A stretch of DNA of 64,000 nt. It comes from a virus. The translations under genes and the position numbers were made by a program. The notes below the pieces were generated by a model. It saw only the letters and a list, made by a program, of their open reading frames with translations. It did no database searches and had not been told where the DNA came from. Location: IMG/VR virus record IMGVR_UViG_3300005613_000001, positions 66,279 to 130,278 of that record; one strand, 5' to 3'. Shown piece after piece: positions 37,880-47,820 of the stretch; position 1 is the stretch's first letter, and each line of letters begins with the position of its first letter.

Positions 37880-39002
37880 CTTTCCAAACTAACCTTTCCT
37901 TGGGAGAACCAACCGCCTCACATAAAAATGGAGTCGGATCGGTCATTTCTAGTTCTTTCCTGCCCTGTTGCCATGATTTAGAAGCTTCCGTAGTGCCGTG
38001 CTTATACAACTCAACGTGCAACATGCTCCTAGAATGGCCGGGAATATCGGCGCGTTCTTTCCCCTCTCGCAAGACAGGAACAAGACAACCCACATAATCG
38101 CCACGCCTCACGGTTTGTCCCACTTTAACATATGGATTGATTTCACCATAACAAACCACTCCGCTTCTACCTTCAACCAACACGGCATCTGTATCATTCC
38201 ACCACGGCGAATCGTCTTGGGGTCCGGTGAAACCCTCCACACCGACGACCGTACCGCCTTCTACGGCATGCACAGATTGATTTTCCATTCCATAAAGATC
38301 AACACCCGTATGGTTAGAATGCTTTCTCTGAAAACCGAAAGCACCAGGATGATAATTAATTGGAATTCCACTGCAATTCTGAAGTGGGAACTTCCATCGT
38401 AAAGCATCTGCTGTCGCTTTGGCAATATCAGCAATGTTAGCTAAAGCGCCCTCTCCCTCATCCTTACAAGCCAATTCCTTCTTGATGGGTGGAACCAAAT
38501 GCCAACTGCCTTTGTGCAAGCCATTTAAGAAGTTTAAATTTCTAAAGGTGAGTGGGTTCTTCCACATGTGAGTATTCATTGCCGGGGCAACAACCACGGG
38601 GCGAGTGAAATCCCAAGCGTAAAACACACTTGTCAAAAGGTTATCACAAATACCCGCATTCATTTTCCCAAGCGTATTCGCCGTAAGTGGAGCAATTACA
38701 AAAACATCAGCCCACTTCCTCAACTCAATATGAAGAACGGGATCATCCTTTTGCCATTCGTACCGCCACATTTCCTGTGGCTCACCTTTGTATTCGCGCG
38801 TGTATTTCCAAGCCCATTCTTCATGCTCGGTAAAAACATCTACAACTTCTCGCAACTCAGAAAGTTTAACAAACGTTCTAAGTGCCGACTCTGTTACTAC
38901 CACCTTGACTTCCCCAATCTCTTCAAGCGCGGCTACTAATTTGGGCGCAAGAGTGGTAGCAACAGAACCAGTCAAACCTAATAGGATTCTAGGCTTATCC
39001 AT
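37872..39002 (-). CDS. coaC: phosphopantothenoylcysteine decarboxylase-like flavoprotein (CoaC) fused to a C-terminal M23-peptidase-like domain
   Basis: N-terminal ILLGLTGSVA and PAMNTHMW flavoprotein motifs. The C-terminal 160 aa carry HTGVDLYG...GTVVGV...MLHVELY, an HxxxD plus partial HxH pattern of the M23 type. Confidence 0.65.
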   Translation of the reverse strand: MDKPRILLGLTGSVATTLAPKLVAALEEIGEVKVVVTESALRTFVKLSELREVVDVFTEHEEWAWKYTREYKGEPQEMWRYEWQKDDPVLHIELRKWADVFVIAPLTANTLGKMNAGICDNLLTSVFYAWDFTRPVVVAPAMNTHMWKNPLTFRNLNFLNGLHKGSWHLVPPIKKELACKDEGEGALANIADIAKATADALRWKFPLQNCSGIPINYHPGAFGFQRKHSNHTGVDLYGMENQSVHAVEGGTVVGVEGFTGPQDDSPWWNDTDAVLVEGRSGVVCYGEINPYVKVGQTVRRGDYVGCLVPVLREGKERADIPGHSRSMLHVELYKHGTTEASKSWQQGRKELEMTDPTPFLCEAVGSPKERLVWKDG

Positions 39003-39769
39003 CAGAAGTCCTCAGTAGTATCTTTGTAGATATGATCTGTGATCTTGTCCATGATACCGCCAAGCAATCTTTGAATGTGCTTGAACAACTTATAGACAAT
39101 ATCATCCAACATACTCCAAGCCGCAGAAAACGGCCAGTAAGTCATCCAACAAATAATTCTTCCCTTATTCTTCCAAGCCTTCGGCTTGATTGTAATAATT
39201 GGATCGCCACGATCATCGTCTGGATCGCGGGGGTTGTAATACTCATTAGTCCATCGCCCCCAACGAGTATTATTGCAAAGGTGTTCTGACCATCCTTCCT
39301 TTTGATTATCAGGAACCTTCCAGGGGCCTTCCGTCATACCTCCCTCTTCTAACCAACGTCGCTTTTCAACGGTGTAAAGTTCGTGTTCATTAGTGGCATG
39401 AAAATACCACTTAATGCAACCCCACACGGCTCCAAGGGCAATATATCCCCCAACAATCCCAACACCTTTCCAGGGATTAGCCGCCAACCACCTTAACCAT
39501 TCCGCTCCCGGTCCAAAAATCAGTATCAAAAATCCAAAAAACACGGCTACAGCAGTCGCGCCTTTGCCCGTCATTCCCCTCCCTTCCCGACGAATATCAC
39601 TGAAATCTTCCTCTATTGCCCATACAATTAGACAAAATGCAGCAATAGACAAAATCCAAAACCAAATACCCGGCACTACAAACAAAGCAATCCAAGGAAG
39701 TTCAAACATTTCTTCTCTCCTCATAAAAAGGGAAATTGGGTTACACCCAAAGGCGACAACCCAGGGCAC
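39002..39769 (-). CDS. integral membrane protein
   Basis: Several hydrophobic helices in the N-terminal half and a Trp-rich C-terminal region. Confidence 0.45.
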   Translation of the reverse strand: MPWVVAFGCNPISLFMRREEMFELPWIALFVVPGIWFWILSIAAFCLIVWAIEEDFSDIRREGRGMTGKGATAVAVFFGFLILIFGPGAEWLRWLAANPWKGVGIVGGYIALGAVWGCIKWYFHATNEHELYTVEKRRWLEEGGMTEGPWKVPDNQKEGWSEHLCNNTRWGRWTNEYYNPRDPDDDRGDPIITIKPKAWKNKGRIICWMTYWPFSAAWSMLDDIVYKLFKHIQRLLGGIMDKITDHIYKDTTEDF

Positions 39770-39955
39770 ATATCACGAATTTTTTCTTCTATTTTCTTTA
39801 CCCTCTCGCTTTTCCTTAGCTTCATTATACAACTTCCAACCGGGATAATTTAGAGCAATATATTCCGTTAATTGCTCATATGGCATTAGTTGTTTAAGGT
39901 TTATACTCATAAAAGTTCCAGTAGACAGTCTTTCTAGTGTTACATGAAACATAAA

Positions 39956-40702
39956 TTACTCCAATTTTAATACTTTTTCTGCAACCACACGGGCAAGATG
40001 CTCGGGGTCTTGGGTGTCGGTATGGTATTCCTCCACTCGGAAATTCTCAGGGTCCGGTTGCGACACAATTAAAAGCTTGTGTTCGCCCGCCTTAATGTCA
40101 CGTAAATCATTTGCCACAACGAATGAACATCCATTTTCCACGATGCTCTTCTTCGCCGCCTCAATTAATTGTGCTTTTGTGCTATCCACCAACAACTTAA
40201 ACCCAACAAGATGGGTTTTTGGACAAATTTCTTTGATGATTTTAATAAGTTTTGGGGCGGGCTCTAATTCAATGTTCCATTCTTCACTTGATCGAATTTT
40301 CCCATCCACTTGATTTGCTACAAGATAATCGCTAACTGCGGCTGCTAAAATCACTACATCAAAGCCACCTAATTGCAGCAAGTCAGAAAGGGCAACCTGA
40401 TATTGTTCAAAGGTTTTGTAAGTTTGTTCAAAATAGCGATCTTGGCACCTTAAATATTCTTCGTAAAGATGAGCGCCCCGCATAAAAGCAGGGGCAAACT
40501 CTTCTTGTGCGAAATTAATTTGTGTAGAAAATGGTGTTCTAAACTCAGCCGCCCCCAAATAAGTCAATCTTGTATTAGGATCGCCACAAAGGAAAATTTG
40601 ACGCGCAATCTTAGCACCAAAAGTACCACGGCTCATATTCGTGATGCTTCTCACGCGGTCAATAGGGACTTTTGTGCCACCGCTAGTCAATAAGATCTTC
40701 AT
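39956..40702 (-). CDS. coaB: phosphopantothenate-cysteine ligase (CoaB domain)
   Basis: KILLTSGGTKVPIDRVRSITNMSRGTFG, then VVILAAAVSDY and ANDL, collinear with the Dfp C-terminal domain. Confidence 0.75.
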   Translation of the reverse strand: MKILLTSGGTKVPIDRVRSITNMSRGTFGAKIARQIFLCGDPNTRLTYLGAAEFRTPFSTQINFAQEEFAPAFMRGAHLYEEYLRCQDRYFEQTYKTFEQYQVALSDLLQLGGFDVVILAAAVSDYLVANQVDGKIRSSEEWNIELEPAPKLIKIIKEICPKTHLVGFKLLVDSTKAQLIEAAKKSIVENGCSFVVANDLRDIKAGEHKLLIVSQPDPENFRVEEYHTDTQDPEHLARVVAEKVLKLE

Positions 40703-40999
40703 TTAATTATTCCTATGCGAACCAAAAGCAGGATTGGGAATAACACGCAAAGGTTCTTCCTCTTCTGCCATCATTTTATAACGACTTATAGCACATTGAT
40801 TACACAAAAAACGATGCTCTCTATCATGTTCTTCCTTTTGCTCTCTCATTACTTTTTTAGTGGTCTCAGCCACCCACACCTTAGTTCCGCAATCAAAACA
40901 AGGTTCGGCGGTAGATTGATGAGCAAGATGAGGCGCAATCGTTACCTCGTCAATACGACCACACTGCACCAAAATCACACTTTCAGGCCAATCATCCAT
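40703..40999 (-). CDS. zinc-ribbon protein
   Basis: Cys pairs CFDCG...CNQC. Confidence 0.4.
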   Translation of the reverse strand: MDDWPESVILVQCGRIDEVTIAPHLAHQSTAEPCFDCGTKVWVAETTKKVMREQKEEHDREHRFLCNQCAISRYKMMAEEEEPLRVIPNPAFGSHRNN

Positions 41000-41001
41000 T
41001 G

Positions 41002-41886
41002 CTACCTACCAATACTTGCATTTGGTCCATCATAAAACAGAAAAGCCGGAACTGGTTTGTATACTAACAACTCCCTTTCTTCGGGAGTACGGCAAATAAG
41101 ACTATGCCACAGCTTAATTCTCCTCTTATACTCTGCCGCAGCTTCCTCTACTTTCCTAGTAGTCAACTTACGTGTTGATTTGCGGGCTGTTGCAATATCC
41201 CGAGACTTAATATTAAAAGCCGTCATAGGTCGTTGTGCCCCAGAGGCAGGCTTTCCGAAAAATCCTCCAATCAACTCCAGACTCCATCCATTCTCAACAT
41301 ACATCCTACCCATCACCAAAGAAATGTATAATCTTTCAGCAACAACAACTGCTGAATTGTGATTCTTTATAAGATTTCCAAGAAAAGGCTTGCGTAAAAC
41401 AGTTTCATGAGGCATACCACAAACTCGTTCAAGCAAAAACCTAACTACATTCGGGCTAGCTTTCCTCTTATCTTCAGAAAGCAACTGACGTAATAAATAT
41501 GCTTTTCGCTCCCAATCAGAAGGATTCTTTTTCGTTGTGTGGGGAGATTTACCTCTTAATGGATCTTTACTTGCCTCCCAATTGTATTTTTTTAAAACTT
41601 GTCGTACTCTTTCTCTTGATATCCCAAACTGCTTTCCCACCCTCAGCAATGATGCTCCCTCTTTAACAACTAAACGTATAATCTCTGACTCTCTATCATT
41701 CACATCAACATTTGCAATTGTAGCCTTTACTTCCCCAACACCCACCTGAAAAACTCTTTGGCAATTCCAACAAACAAAAAAAGCGGGTGTTGGCTTCCCG
41801 GCTTCAGGAAGAATCCCCGTGACATTCTTCTCGCAACCGGGGCAAAAACTCTTTGCCATCAGTATTTTGCCGTATTTTTTGTGCAT
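41002..41886 (-). CDS. DNA-binding regulator with an N-terminal zinc ribbon and a sigma-70 region-4-like HTH
   Basis: CPGCEK...CWNC, then EIIRLVVKEGASLLRVGKQFGISRERVRQVLKKY. Confidence 0.45.
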   Translation of the reverse strand: MHKKYGKILMAKSFCPGCEKNVTGILPEAGKPTPAFFVCWNCQRVFQVGVGEVKATIANVDVNDRESEIIRLVVKEGASLLRVGKQFGISRERVRQVLKKYNWEASKDPLRGKSPHTTKKNPSDWERKAYLLRQLLSEDKRKASPNVVRFLLERVCGMPHETVLRKPFLGNLIKNHNSAVVVAERLYISLVMGRMYVENGWSLELIGGFFGKPASGAQRPMTAFNIKSRDIATARKSTRKLTTRKVEEAAAEYKRRIKLWHSLICRTPEERELLVYKPVPAFLFYDGPNASIGR

Positions 41887-41890
41887 TACA

Positions 41891-42349
41891 TCAATCTAAA
41901 ACATGAGGCGGAACTAAAAATCTACAAAGTTGTACTGCCATATTCCACCCCTCTTGTGTAGGCACAAATCGGGCGATAGGTGACGTAAATCTCTTCTTGT
42001 CAGAGAAATGAGGATCAATTAACTTTTGATTCCGCAATTCCTCTAGAGTAATATCCTTATAGACAAGAATCTTTTCACCTTCATAATTGATGCAATCAGG
42101 GTATTTAATTCGAACTACGAGATAGTATTCTTCACAGATATCCCCACAAGCCCAATCTTCAAGAATCTCGTAGTTAGCAGGATCAGGATTAGGTAGCTTT
42201 TGGGCAGGCTCACGATCCACTACCACTACAAGAGGTTTTTCCTCTGTGGGGTAGCTGTCGCTGCTAAATTTTGGTCCAAGTCCCATGATAATCCCCAATA
42301 TTAAAAAAGCCCACTCGCCCATAGGGCGAGTGGGCATACAGAAGATCAC
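41891..42349 (-). CDS. hypothetical exported or membrane protein
   Basis: N-terminal hydrophobic segment at 152 aa. Confidence 0.4.
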   Translation of the reverse strand: MIFCMPTRPMGEWAFLILGIIMGLGPKFSSDSYPTEEKPLVVVVDREPAQKLPNPDPANYEILEDWACGDICEEYYLVVRIKYPDCINYEGEKILVYKDITLEELRNQKLIDPHFSDKKRFTSPIARFVPTQEGWNMAVQLCRFLVPPHVLD

Positions 42350-43056
42350 TTCTTCATCTTCTTTTTCTTTTTCTTTTTCTTAGACAGGATACGCGGACCA
42401 GAACGCTTGCCCTTTGTAGTTTCCTCGTCTTCTTTTTCGTCGTTCGCCAACGGAACTTCCCAGTACACTTCGCTGATGAAGTGCTTCCAGCTATTGCACG
42501 GGATATCACCCTTGAACAAACGGTACTTCGGCTTGAAAGGTTCTCTCGCCAACTTCATACCGCACTCTTCAGGGGTTTTGTCAGCTTTCTTACTGTTACA
42601 GGGCAAACATGCCAAGACACAGTTTAGCCATGTAGTTGGCCCGCCACGGCTTTTAGGAAGAACGTGGTCGATAGTTAGTTCTTCCGAGCCGGGCTTACAA
42701 CCACAATACTGACAGGTGTAACCGTCCCGCTTGTAGATCGTTCTACGCGAGAAAGTAACACGATGCGTCGGCAACTTATCATATCTACTCAACACAATTA
42801 CTTCAGGAATCTTGAAGAAATCATGCGTAGATGCGATGTAATCTTCACCCTCTTCGGGCTTTAATGCCGACCAATCATCCCAAGTGAAAGTGGTGAAGCT
42901 TTCGGGATGAACAATCAACGCTTTGGGTTGCCCGCTTGGGTGTTCTTTGGTCGGCGCATATGTTCCAAATAATAGGCTGACGGCATCCTTGATGGATACC
43001 ACCCCTACCGGCGACCAATTCTTGTTTAACACTAACACCCTTCTGCGAGCTAACAT
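42346..43056 (-). CDS. HNH endonuclease with a poly-lysine C-terminal tail
   Basis: CQYCGC...TIDHVLPKSRGG...CLPCNSKK. The C-terminal KKKKKKKKMKK is coded by an AAG/AAA run. Confidence 0.65.
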   Translation of the reverse strand: MLARRRVLVLNKNWSPVGVVSIKDAVSLLFGTYAPTKEHPSGQPKALIVHPESFTTFTWDDWSALKPEEGEDYIASTHDFFKIPEVIVLSRYDKLPTHRVTFSRRTIYKRDGYTCQYCGCKPGSEELTIDHVLPKSRGGPTTWLNCVLACLPCNSKKADKTPEECGMKLAREPFKPKYRLFKGDIPCNSWKHFISEVYWEVPLANDEKEDEETTKGKRSGPRILSKKKKKKKKMKK

Positions 43057-43146
43057 TTTTTTCCTGCTTTCTGACGTTACCTAAGTCATGTCTAGATACC
43101 TTTAATAGAGTTTGAAAAAATGTTGAAACACCATTGTCCCAACAAG

Positions 43147-43219
43147 TAGCGACGGGCGGGTTTGAACCGCCACCCTTCGGCTTATGAAGCCGCTGCTCCA
43201 CCAATTGAGCTACGTCGCC
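43147..43219 (-). tRNA. tRNA with anticodon CAT (Met, or Ile2 if lysidinylated)
   Basis: The hand-folded cloverleaf has acceptor GGCGACG/CGTCGCT with G1-U72, D arm GCTC..GAGC, anticodon loop TTCATAA and T arm GGCGG-TTCAAAC-CCGCC. Confidence 0.75.
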
Positions 43220-43257
43220 TCCAAACATAGTTATCCCCGTACAATTTGGTTTTTCTA

Positions 43258-43620
43258 CTAGTCCTCCCAGGGGTCCACTCCATGCCCCAAAATAGTTAGT
43301 CCCTTCTTTTCCTCTCTTTCCTCATTTGCCCTAGTCATGGCTTCCCTTAAATGAGTAATAATCGCCCATTGTTTCTCATCTGCCTTAATCTCCGCAAGTT
43401 CCTCTTCCGTGGGATTTCTCAACTGTAAATTTTCCCCATATTTTAACAGGGAAGAACAGTAAAAGCAAATTGAGACATCCCCCTCTTTTGGCTGGGATTT
43501 TGCATCTGGTTGGTCACCCTCAAAAACTCCCGTGGCACCATCCAAGAATCCACCACACTCAGGACAATGACTGCCCGTTACAAGTTCGCCTTTAGGTATA
43601 GTTAATTGGGGTTTCGTCAT
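43258..43620 (-). CDS. zinc-ribbon protein
   Basis: CPECGG...CFYCSS. Confidence 0.4.
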   Translation of the reverse strand: MTKPQLTIPKGELVTGSHCPECGGFLDGATGVFEGDQPDAKSQPKEGDVSICFYCSSLLKYGENLQLRNPTEEELAEIKADEKQWAIITHLREAMTRANEEREEKKGLTILGHGVDPWED

Positions 43621-43838
43621 CTGATTCTCCTAACAAAGCAATGCGATTTTCATCTTCTGTAAACCTCTCCGCTCGGGCAAGAGCCTTTACTTCCTTTACG
43701 CCATCGCCACCGTAAAAGGTCGCTACAAGTTGCTTCTTGTCCCTCCTTACCCTCTTAAACACTTCATAGTTTTGTCCCGCTTGTTCGTAGAAAAACATAC
43801 GCACTCCTCACGGTTGCGTTGCTTTTCCATCCGGCAAG

Positions 43839-43911
43839 TATCCCCGGTAGGAGTCGAACCTACAGTCGTCAGCTTCGGAAGCTGGTGCTTTATCCATTAA
43901 GCTACGGGGAC
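43839..43911 (-). tRNA. tRNA-Arg(CCG)
   Basis: D arm GCTT-AATGGATA-AAGC, anticodon loop TTCCGAA, T arm GTAGG-TTCGACT-CCTAC and acceptor GTCCCCG/CGGGGAT. Confidence 0.7.
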
Positions 43912-44129
43912 TCTATTACTTCAAACCCTAATTCTTCAGCAATTTGTGGCAATGTTGCCGCCTGTAATCCATGCAATGCAATATAATGGCGGGGAATTTT
44001 ATATGTCCTGCCACCTTCCCGAACATTTACAAATTCACCCAACTTATCCACTAAATTTTGTACCACTTCTTCAGAGGCGGGGTCAATGTAATGCAACGGT
44101 TGACCACAAGCACAATCCATTTCTCTATC

Positions 44130-45428
44130 CTAACGTGAAAAATTAACCCATAGGGGAGCGTAAATGTGTATGCTTTTTGGTTTTATTCTTTTGAGAATGT
44201 GATAAGTTGCTTGGAGCGTACCACTTGATGCAATGTTATCATCCACTAATAAAATTCTACGGTTCCTTAACCCTGATCGTTCATGCTCAGGACGAACATC
44301 TACTTCAGGATCAACTTCCCAATTTCTTACATAAGGTCTAAGGTGTTTAAGATCTCGCCCCAAATTCTTAATTTGGCCTCTTGTATTCTGCAACTGTTGC
44401 TGCATTCTTTGTACTTTTTTCCTCTGCCATTCCTTATCCGAATAATTTTGTGCAAGTGAATGCGTGTCAATTGTTGGAGACTCTAGCTTTCTCAACCCTC
44501 GTACTGCGGTAACGCCATATCTGGATGCTAAAGCCTCGCCTAACTTAGTGTTAAATGAACTCCCGCTTTCAGGATAGACAACATAATCGTATGGAAAACT
44601 GGGGCGGATTCTTAAATAATTATCAACTGAAAGTTCTATTAACCACTCTTGTAGTGTTATATCGTGGGGATGATTGGGATATTTTACCTTCTTCAGAAAT
44701 GCCTTTTCTATTACACCCGCAAACCGCCTCTTATATTGTATACTCTCTGTTGTTTCATCCAATTCTTCCTGCAATTGTGCTTTTCTCTTTCTCAAAGAAC
44801 CAACACTTTGAGCATTATCTCTCCTTGAGCTAATATAAGTTCTGAGGCGTTTCTGTCCTATTCTGTTTAACGTCCCATCTGTTTTACGTTTTAACAGTCC
44901 CATTGATTCCAATTTAGAATTCACAGAATCAAACAGGTACTCAAACAGTTTATCGTCAAACAACCCTTTCTCTATCCACCGATCATACTCTTTATCAATA
45001 ATATCTCTTACTTTTTGGGTCATACCCGTGGCGCGACTATTGGCGACCTTCAGGGCAGCCGTAACCTCTTTTAGTTCTTTCTGTAATTCGCTTTTTCTCT
45101 TCTTTAGTGCTTGTGAAATCTCTTCTTCAGGGACAGAAAACTTAAATCCGTATAAAATTTGACCGTCAAAAGAGGGTAGTTTGTCTTGTATTTTGAAGTT
45201 TGGCAGTTGAGTTGCTTGATTTAAGGGTTCAATCTTAATAAAATCTTCTGGTCTATCCTCAAAGCTAAAGTCAATAACATCCCGTCCGTGTAAATCAGTT
45301 ACAGCTTGTTTTGCAACACTCTTGTTCTTGAGTTTAGAAAAAACACGCCAATCTGGTGGTACATTTTGGACATTTACTCCAAAACCTTCTAACCATTGTT
45401 TAAAATCAAGCGTAAAACCATGAGACAT
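44130..45428 (-). CDS. multidomain protein with a C-terminal type I phosphoribosyltransferase domain (ComF/GntX-like)
   Basis: C-terminal YVVYPESGSS...RILLVDDNIASSGTL PRPP-binding motif. The N-terminal 270 aa are unassigned. Confidence 0.5.
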   Translation of the reverse strand: MSHGFTLDFKQWLEGFGVNVQNVPPDWRVFSKLKNKSVAKQAVTDLHGRDVIDFSFEDRPEDFIKIEPLNQATQLPNFKIQDKLPSFDGQILYGFKFSVPEEEISQALKKRKSELQKELKEVTAALKVANSRATGMTQKVRDIIDKEYDRWIEKGLFDDKLFEYLFDSVNSKLESMGLLKRKTDGTLNRIGQKRLRTYISSRRDNAQSVGSLRKRKAQLQEELDETTESIQYKRRFAGVIEKAFLKKVKYPNHPHDITLQEWLIELSVDNYLRIRPSFPYDYVVYPESGSSFNTKLGEALASRYGVTAVRGLRKLESPTIDTHSLAQNYSDKEWQRKKVQRMQQQLQNTRGQIKNLGRDLKHLRPYVRNWEVDPEVDVRPEHERSGLRNRRILLVDDNIASSGTLQATYHILKRIKPKSIHIYAPLWVNFSR

Positions 45429-45705
45429 AAGTTTATTTATGTCTCTTCGGGCGGTTTTGGTGTTGAATCGCCTGTGTTATCTCTATGCCCTCTAATGCCT
45501 TTTCGGTAATCCGGTGGTTCATCTACTAAATCACCCGCAGATTCAACAATCCACCCATTTGTCCATTTCCCAGTATCTTCATCCTTTAATTTCAACACTT
45601 TCCCAACTATAGCAAACTTCTCGGGAAGAAAGGAAACCATTCTGGCTTCTCCATTCTCCACTTTTCTTGTAAGACGGCATTGCCTGAATTTGGGCTTCTT
45701 TTTCT

Positions 45706-46245
45706 TCATAGCAATACCCACCTATGACCCTCTCCAGAGCGTATAAATTGAATATTTAATCTTTCTCCATCAGGGAGCCTCATATCACCTAATTCTTCTT
45801 GCAATTGTTCAGTTTTACCACAGAGCCCATTACCGGCATTAAAATAAGCTTGCTCACTATTATCATAATGTCTAGCTATTTCCACCGCCTCTAAGAATGA
45901 ATAAACCTTACCGGACTCTGGGTGTGCGAAATAACCCCACTCTTCAGGGTCTTTATGTTCATAATGCTGGCATAGGATGATGCTTCCCCAGCTTAATTCT
46001 GTTAATAATTCTCCATGTGCTACATCAACATCTTGTGAATATTCATCAAAACCTATCATAGAACTACAATGAACCGCTTTTTTCCCACTTGGGCTTACCC
46101 AAAGCTTAGCTTCAAACCCTCGTTCTTTGTGGGTTTCTCCCGTATCCGTCCAACCTCTTTCTCGCAACCATGCCGTATCATCCTCCACAGTTTTAACGGC
46201 ATCATCGAGAAATTGCTCTAATTCTTCGCCTGTTAGTGATGTCAT
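45706..46245 (-). CDS. hypothetical protein
   Basis: 179-aa ORF flanked by 45437..45721 and 46242..46526 in the same operon. Confidence 0.4.
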   Translation of the reverse strand: MTSLTGEELEQFLDDAVKTVEDDTAWLRERGWTDTGETHKERGFEAKLWVSPSGKKAVHCSSMIGFDEYSQDVDVAHGELLTELSWGSIILCQHYEHKDPEEWGYFAHPESGKVYSFLEAVEIARHYDNSEQAYFNAGNGLCGKTEQLQEELGDMRLPDGERLNIQFIRSGEGHRWVLL

Positions 46246-46489
46246 GTGAAAGACGCCTCAAATAATTCTGTACTTTCTTTTAATTCAAATGAATGTCTGG
46301 TATTCTTAAGTCCGAAACTCACGGTGTATTTTCCAGGGAGTAATCTTGTCCAAAGTCTTCCCACTTCTTTCTGGACAAAGTTTCCTTCCTCATCGCCCAC
46401 CCAAATCTCCGTTTTTGGGTCTTTGGCTGTAATCTCAAGAGATTTATAATCCTTGGGATCGTACTCGGGAAGGGCATCCATTAATTTTC

Positions 46490-47800
46490 TCCTGGGTGTT
46501 AGAATCCGTGACGTACCACGGGGCAAGCCCCGTGGCTTCTCAGTTCATTGAAGACCACTGCCACATAGGGCTGTAACCTTATCTTCTCCCTGAGCGTTAA
46601 TTTGGGTGCGTCCCACCCTATTATTTCCTAAATTCTCAATTAAACTTTGTCGATCAAAAGCAAACGCTTTTATGTTATTCGCCGCAAGCACATCCCTATC
46701 ATGGAGTTTTCCACACTCTTTACAAGTCCAAGACCTGTCTTTAAGTCGCAATTCGTGATTGATTACTCCACAACTACACATCTTGCTTGACGGATCAAAC
46801 CTTCCGATTTGTAGGATGTTAGTCCCATACCACTCGCCCTTGTATCGTAGCATTTCTACGAATTTTGACCAAGAGGCAGATGATATTGAACGAGCCAACT
46901 TATGGTTTTTCAACATTCCCTGCACATTCAAATCTTCAAGGCAGACCGATTGGTTCTCTCTAATCAACCTTGTAGATAATTTGTGCAGGAAATCGTTTCT
47001 TTGATTGGTAATTCGTTCATACAATTTAGCAAGTTTAAGCCGTGCTTTTTCTCTTCGTTTGCTTCCTTTTTCTTTTCGTTTTGTCCATCGGTCAAGTCGT
47101 TTCAACTCACCAGTGGATTTTTGTAAATGCTTTGGGTTATCAACCTTCTCGCCAGTATCCAAAGCGATGAAATGTTTTAGTCCAAGGTCAATACCCACTG
47201 CTTTATCTTGTTTGGGCTTCTTTGGTTTCTTTGGCTTATCTGGCGTTTCCACCAATACCGAAGCAAAGTATTTTCCAGTTGGTGTTCTACTGATGGTAAC
47301 GGTCTTAATTTCTCCATTGAATTTCCTGTGCAGGACTGCCTTGATATTCTTTACTTTGATAATGCTAATTGTTCCCGCCTCAAAATCAACTTTTGATTTT
47401 TGAGGGCATTGAAACGATTGCCTTCCTACTTTTTTCTTGAACTTCGGGAAGCCTTTCTTCTGTCGAAAGAACCTTGTGTAAGCATTATCAAGATTACGGA
47501 GAGCCATTTGTAGTGTTTGACTATTGACTTCTCCTAACCATTCCAGTTCTTGTTTTAATTTCGTCAAGCGTGCGGATAATTCAATGGACGATAGTGATTT
47601 TTGTGTTTCCTGATACTCTTTGATTCGTGTTTCTAATCCCCAATTATAAACGAACCTTGAACAGCCAAAATGCTTATTCAAAAGTGTCTTTTGCTCATTC
47701 GTGGGGTAGAGTCTGTATTTGAATGCTTTAAGTATCATCACCTTTATATAGTGACGACACTTTCATTTCTTACGGAAAAATTCTATTTTCCGTAAAATAA
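46490..47800 (-). mobile_element. second IS200/IS605-family tnpB-only element with approximate boundaries
   Basis: tnpB with a 3' hairpin ccacggggc/gccccgtgg just after the stop. A 10-bp perfect inverted repeat ttacggaaaa/ttttccgtaa at 47770..47795 lies upstream. Confidence 0.55.
46545..47741 (-). CDS. tnpB: TnpB (IS605 OrfB) RNA-guided endonuclease with an intact RuvC triad
   Basis: GIDLG, CLEDL, a zinc finger CSCG...CKECG and DRDVLAANNI. The N-terminal block YRLYPTNEQKTLLNKHFGCSRFVYNW is typical of TnpB. Confidence 0.85.
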   Translation of the reverse strand: MMILKAFKYRLYPTNEQKTLLNKHFGCSRFVYNWGLETRIKEYQETQKSLSSIELSARLTKLKQELEWLGEVNSQTLQMALRNLDNAYTRFFRQKKGFPKFKKKVGRQSFQCPQKSKVDFEAGTISIIKVKNIKAVLHRKFNGEIKTVTISRTPTGKYFASVLVETPDKPKKPKKPKQDKAVGIDLGLKHFIALDTGEKVDNPKHLQKSTGELKRLDRWTKRKEKGSKRREKARLKLAKLYERITNQRNDFLHKLSTRLIRENQSVCLEDLNVQGMLKNHKLARSISSASWSKFVEMLRYKGEWYGTNILQIGRFDPSSKMCSCGVINHELRLKDRSWTCKECGKLHDRDVLAANNIKAFAFDRQSLIENLGNNRVGRTQINAQGEDKVTALCGSGLQ

Positions 47801-47820
47801 TTTATCCACACTATGGCGGC

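Noticed and set aside
42875-43228. 117-aa ORF on the minus strand whose N terminus reads MFGGDVAQLVEQRLHKPKGGGSNPP.
   Set aside because: Its first about 25 codons are a direct translation of the tRNA-Met(CAT) gene, and it also overlaps the HNH gene, so it is spurious.
46544-46558. A 15-mer, TTCATTGAAGACCAC, that nearly repeats TTGCATTAGAAGACCAC at 36784..36800 just after the first tnpB. I considered a cross-targeting omega-RNA guide or a shared IS end.
   Set aside because: The second copy lies inside the last codons of tnpB copy 2 on the antisense strand. The match is short and has an indel, so it is most likely chance.
47770-47795. A perfect 10-bp inverted repeat, ttacggaaaa/ttttccgtaa, considered as a terminator for the gene at 47821.
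   Set aside because: No T-run follows on either strand. It sits where the left-end sub-terminal hairpin of the tnpB element is expected and is more likely a transposase-recognition hairpin.
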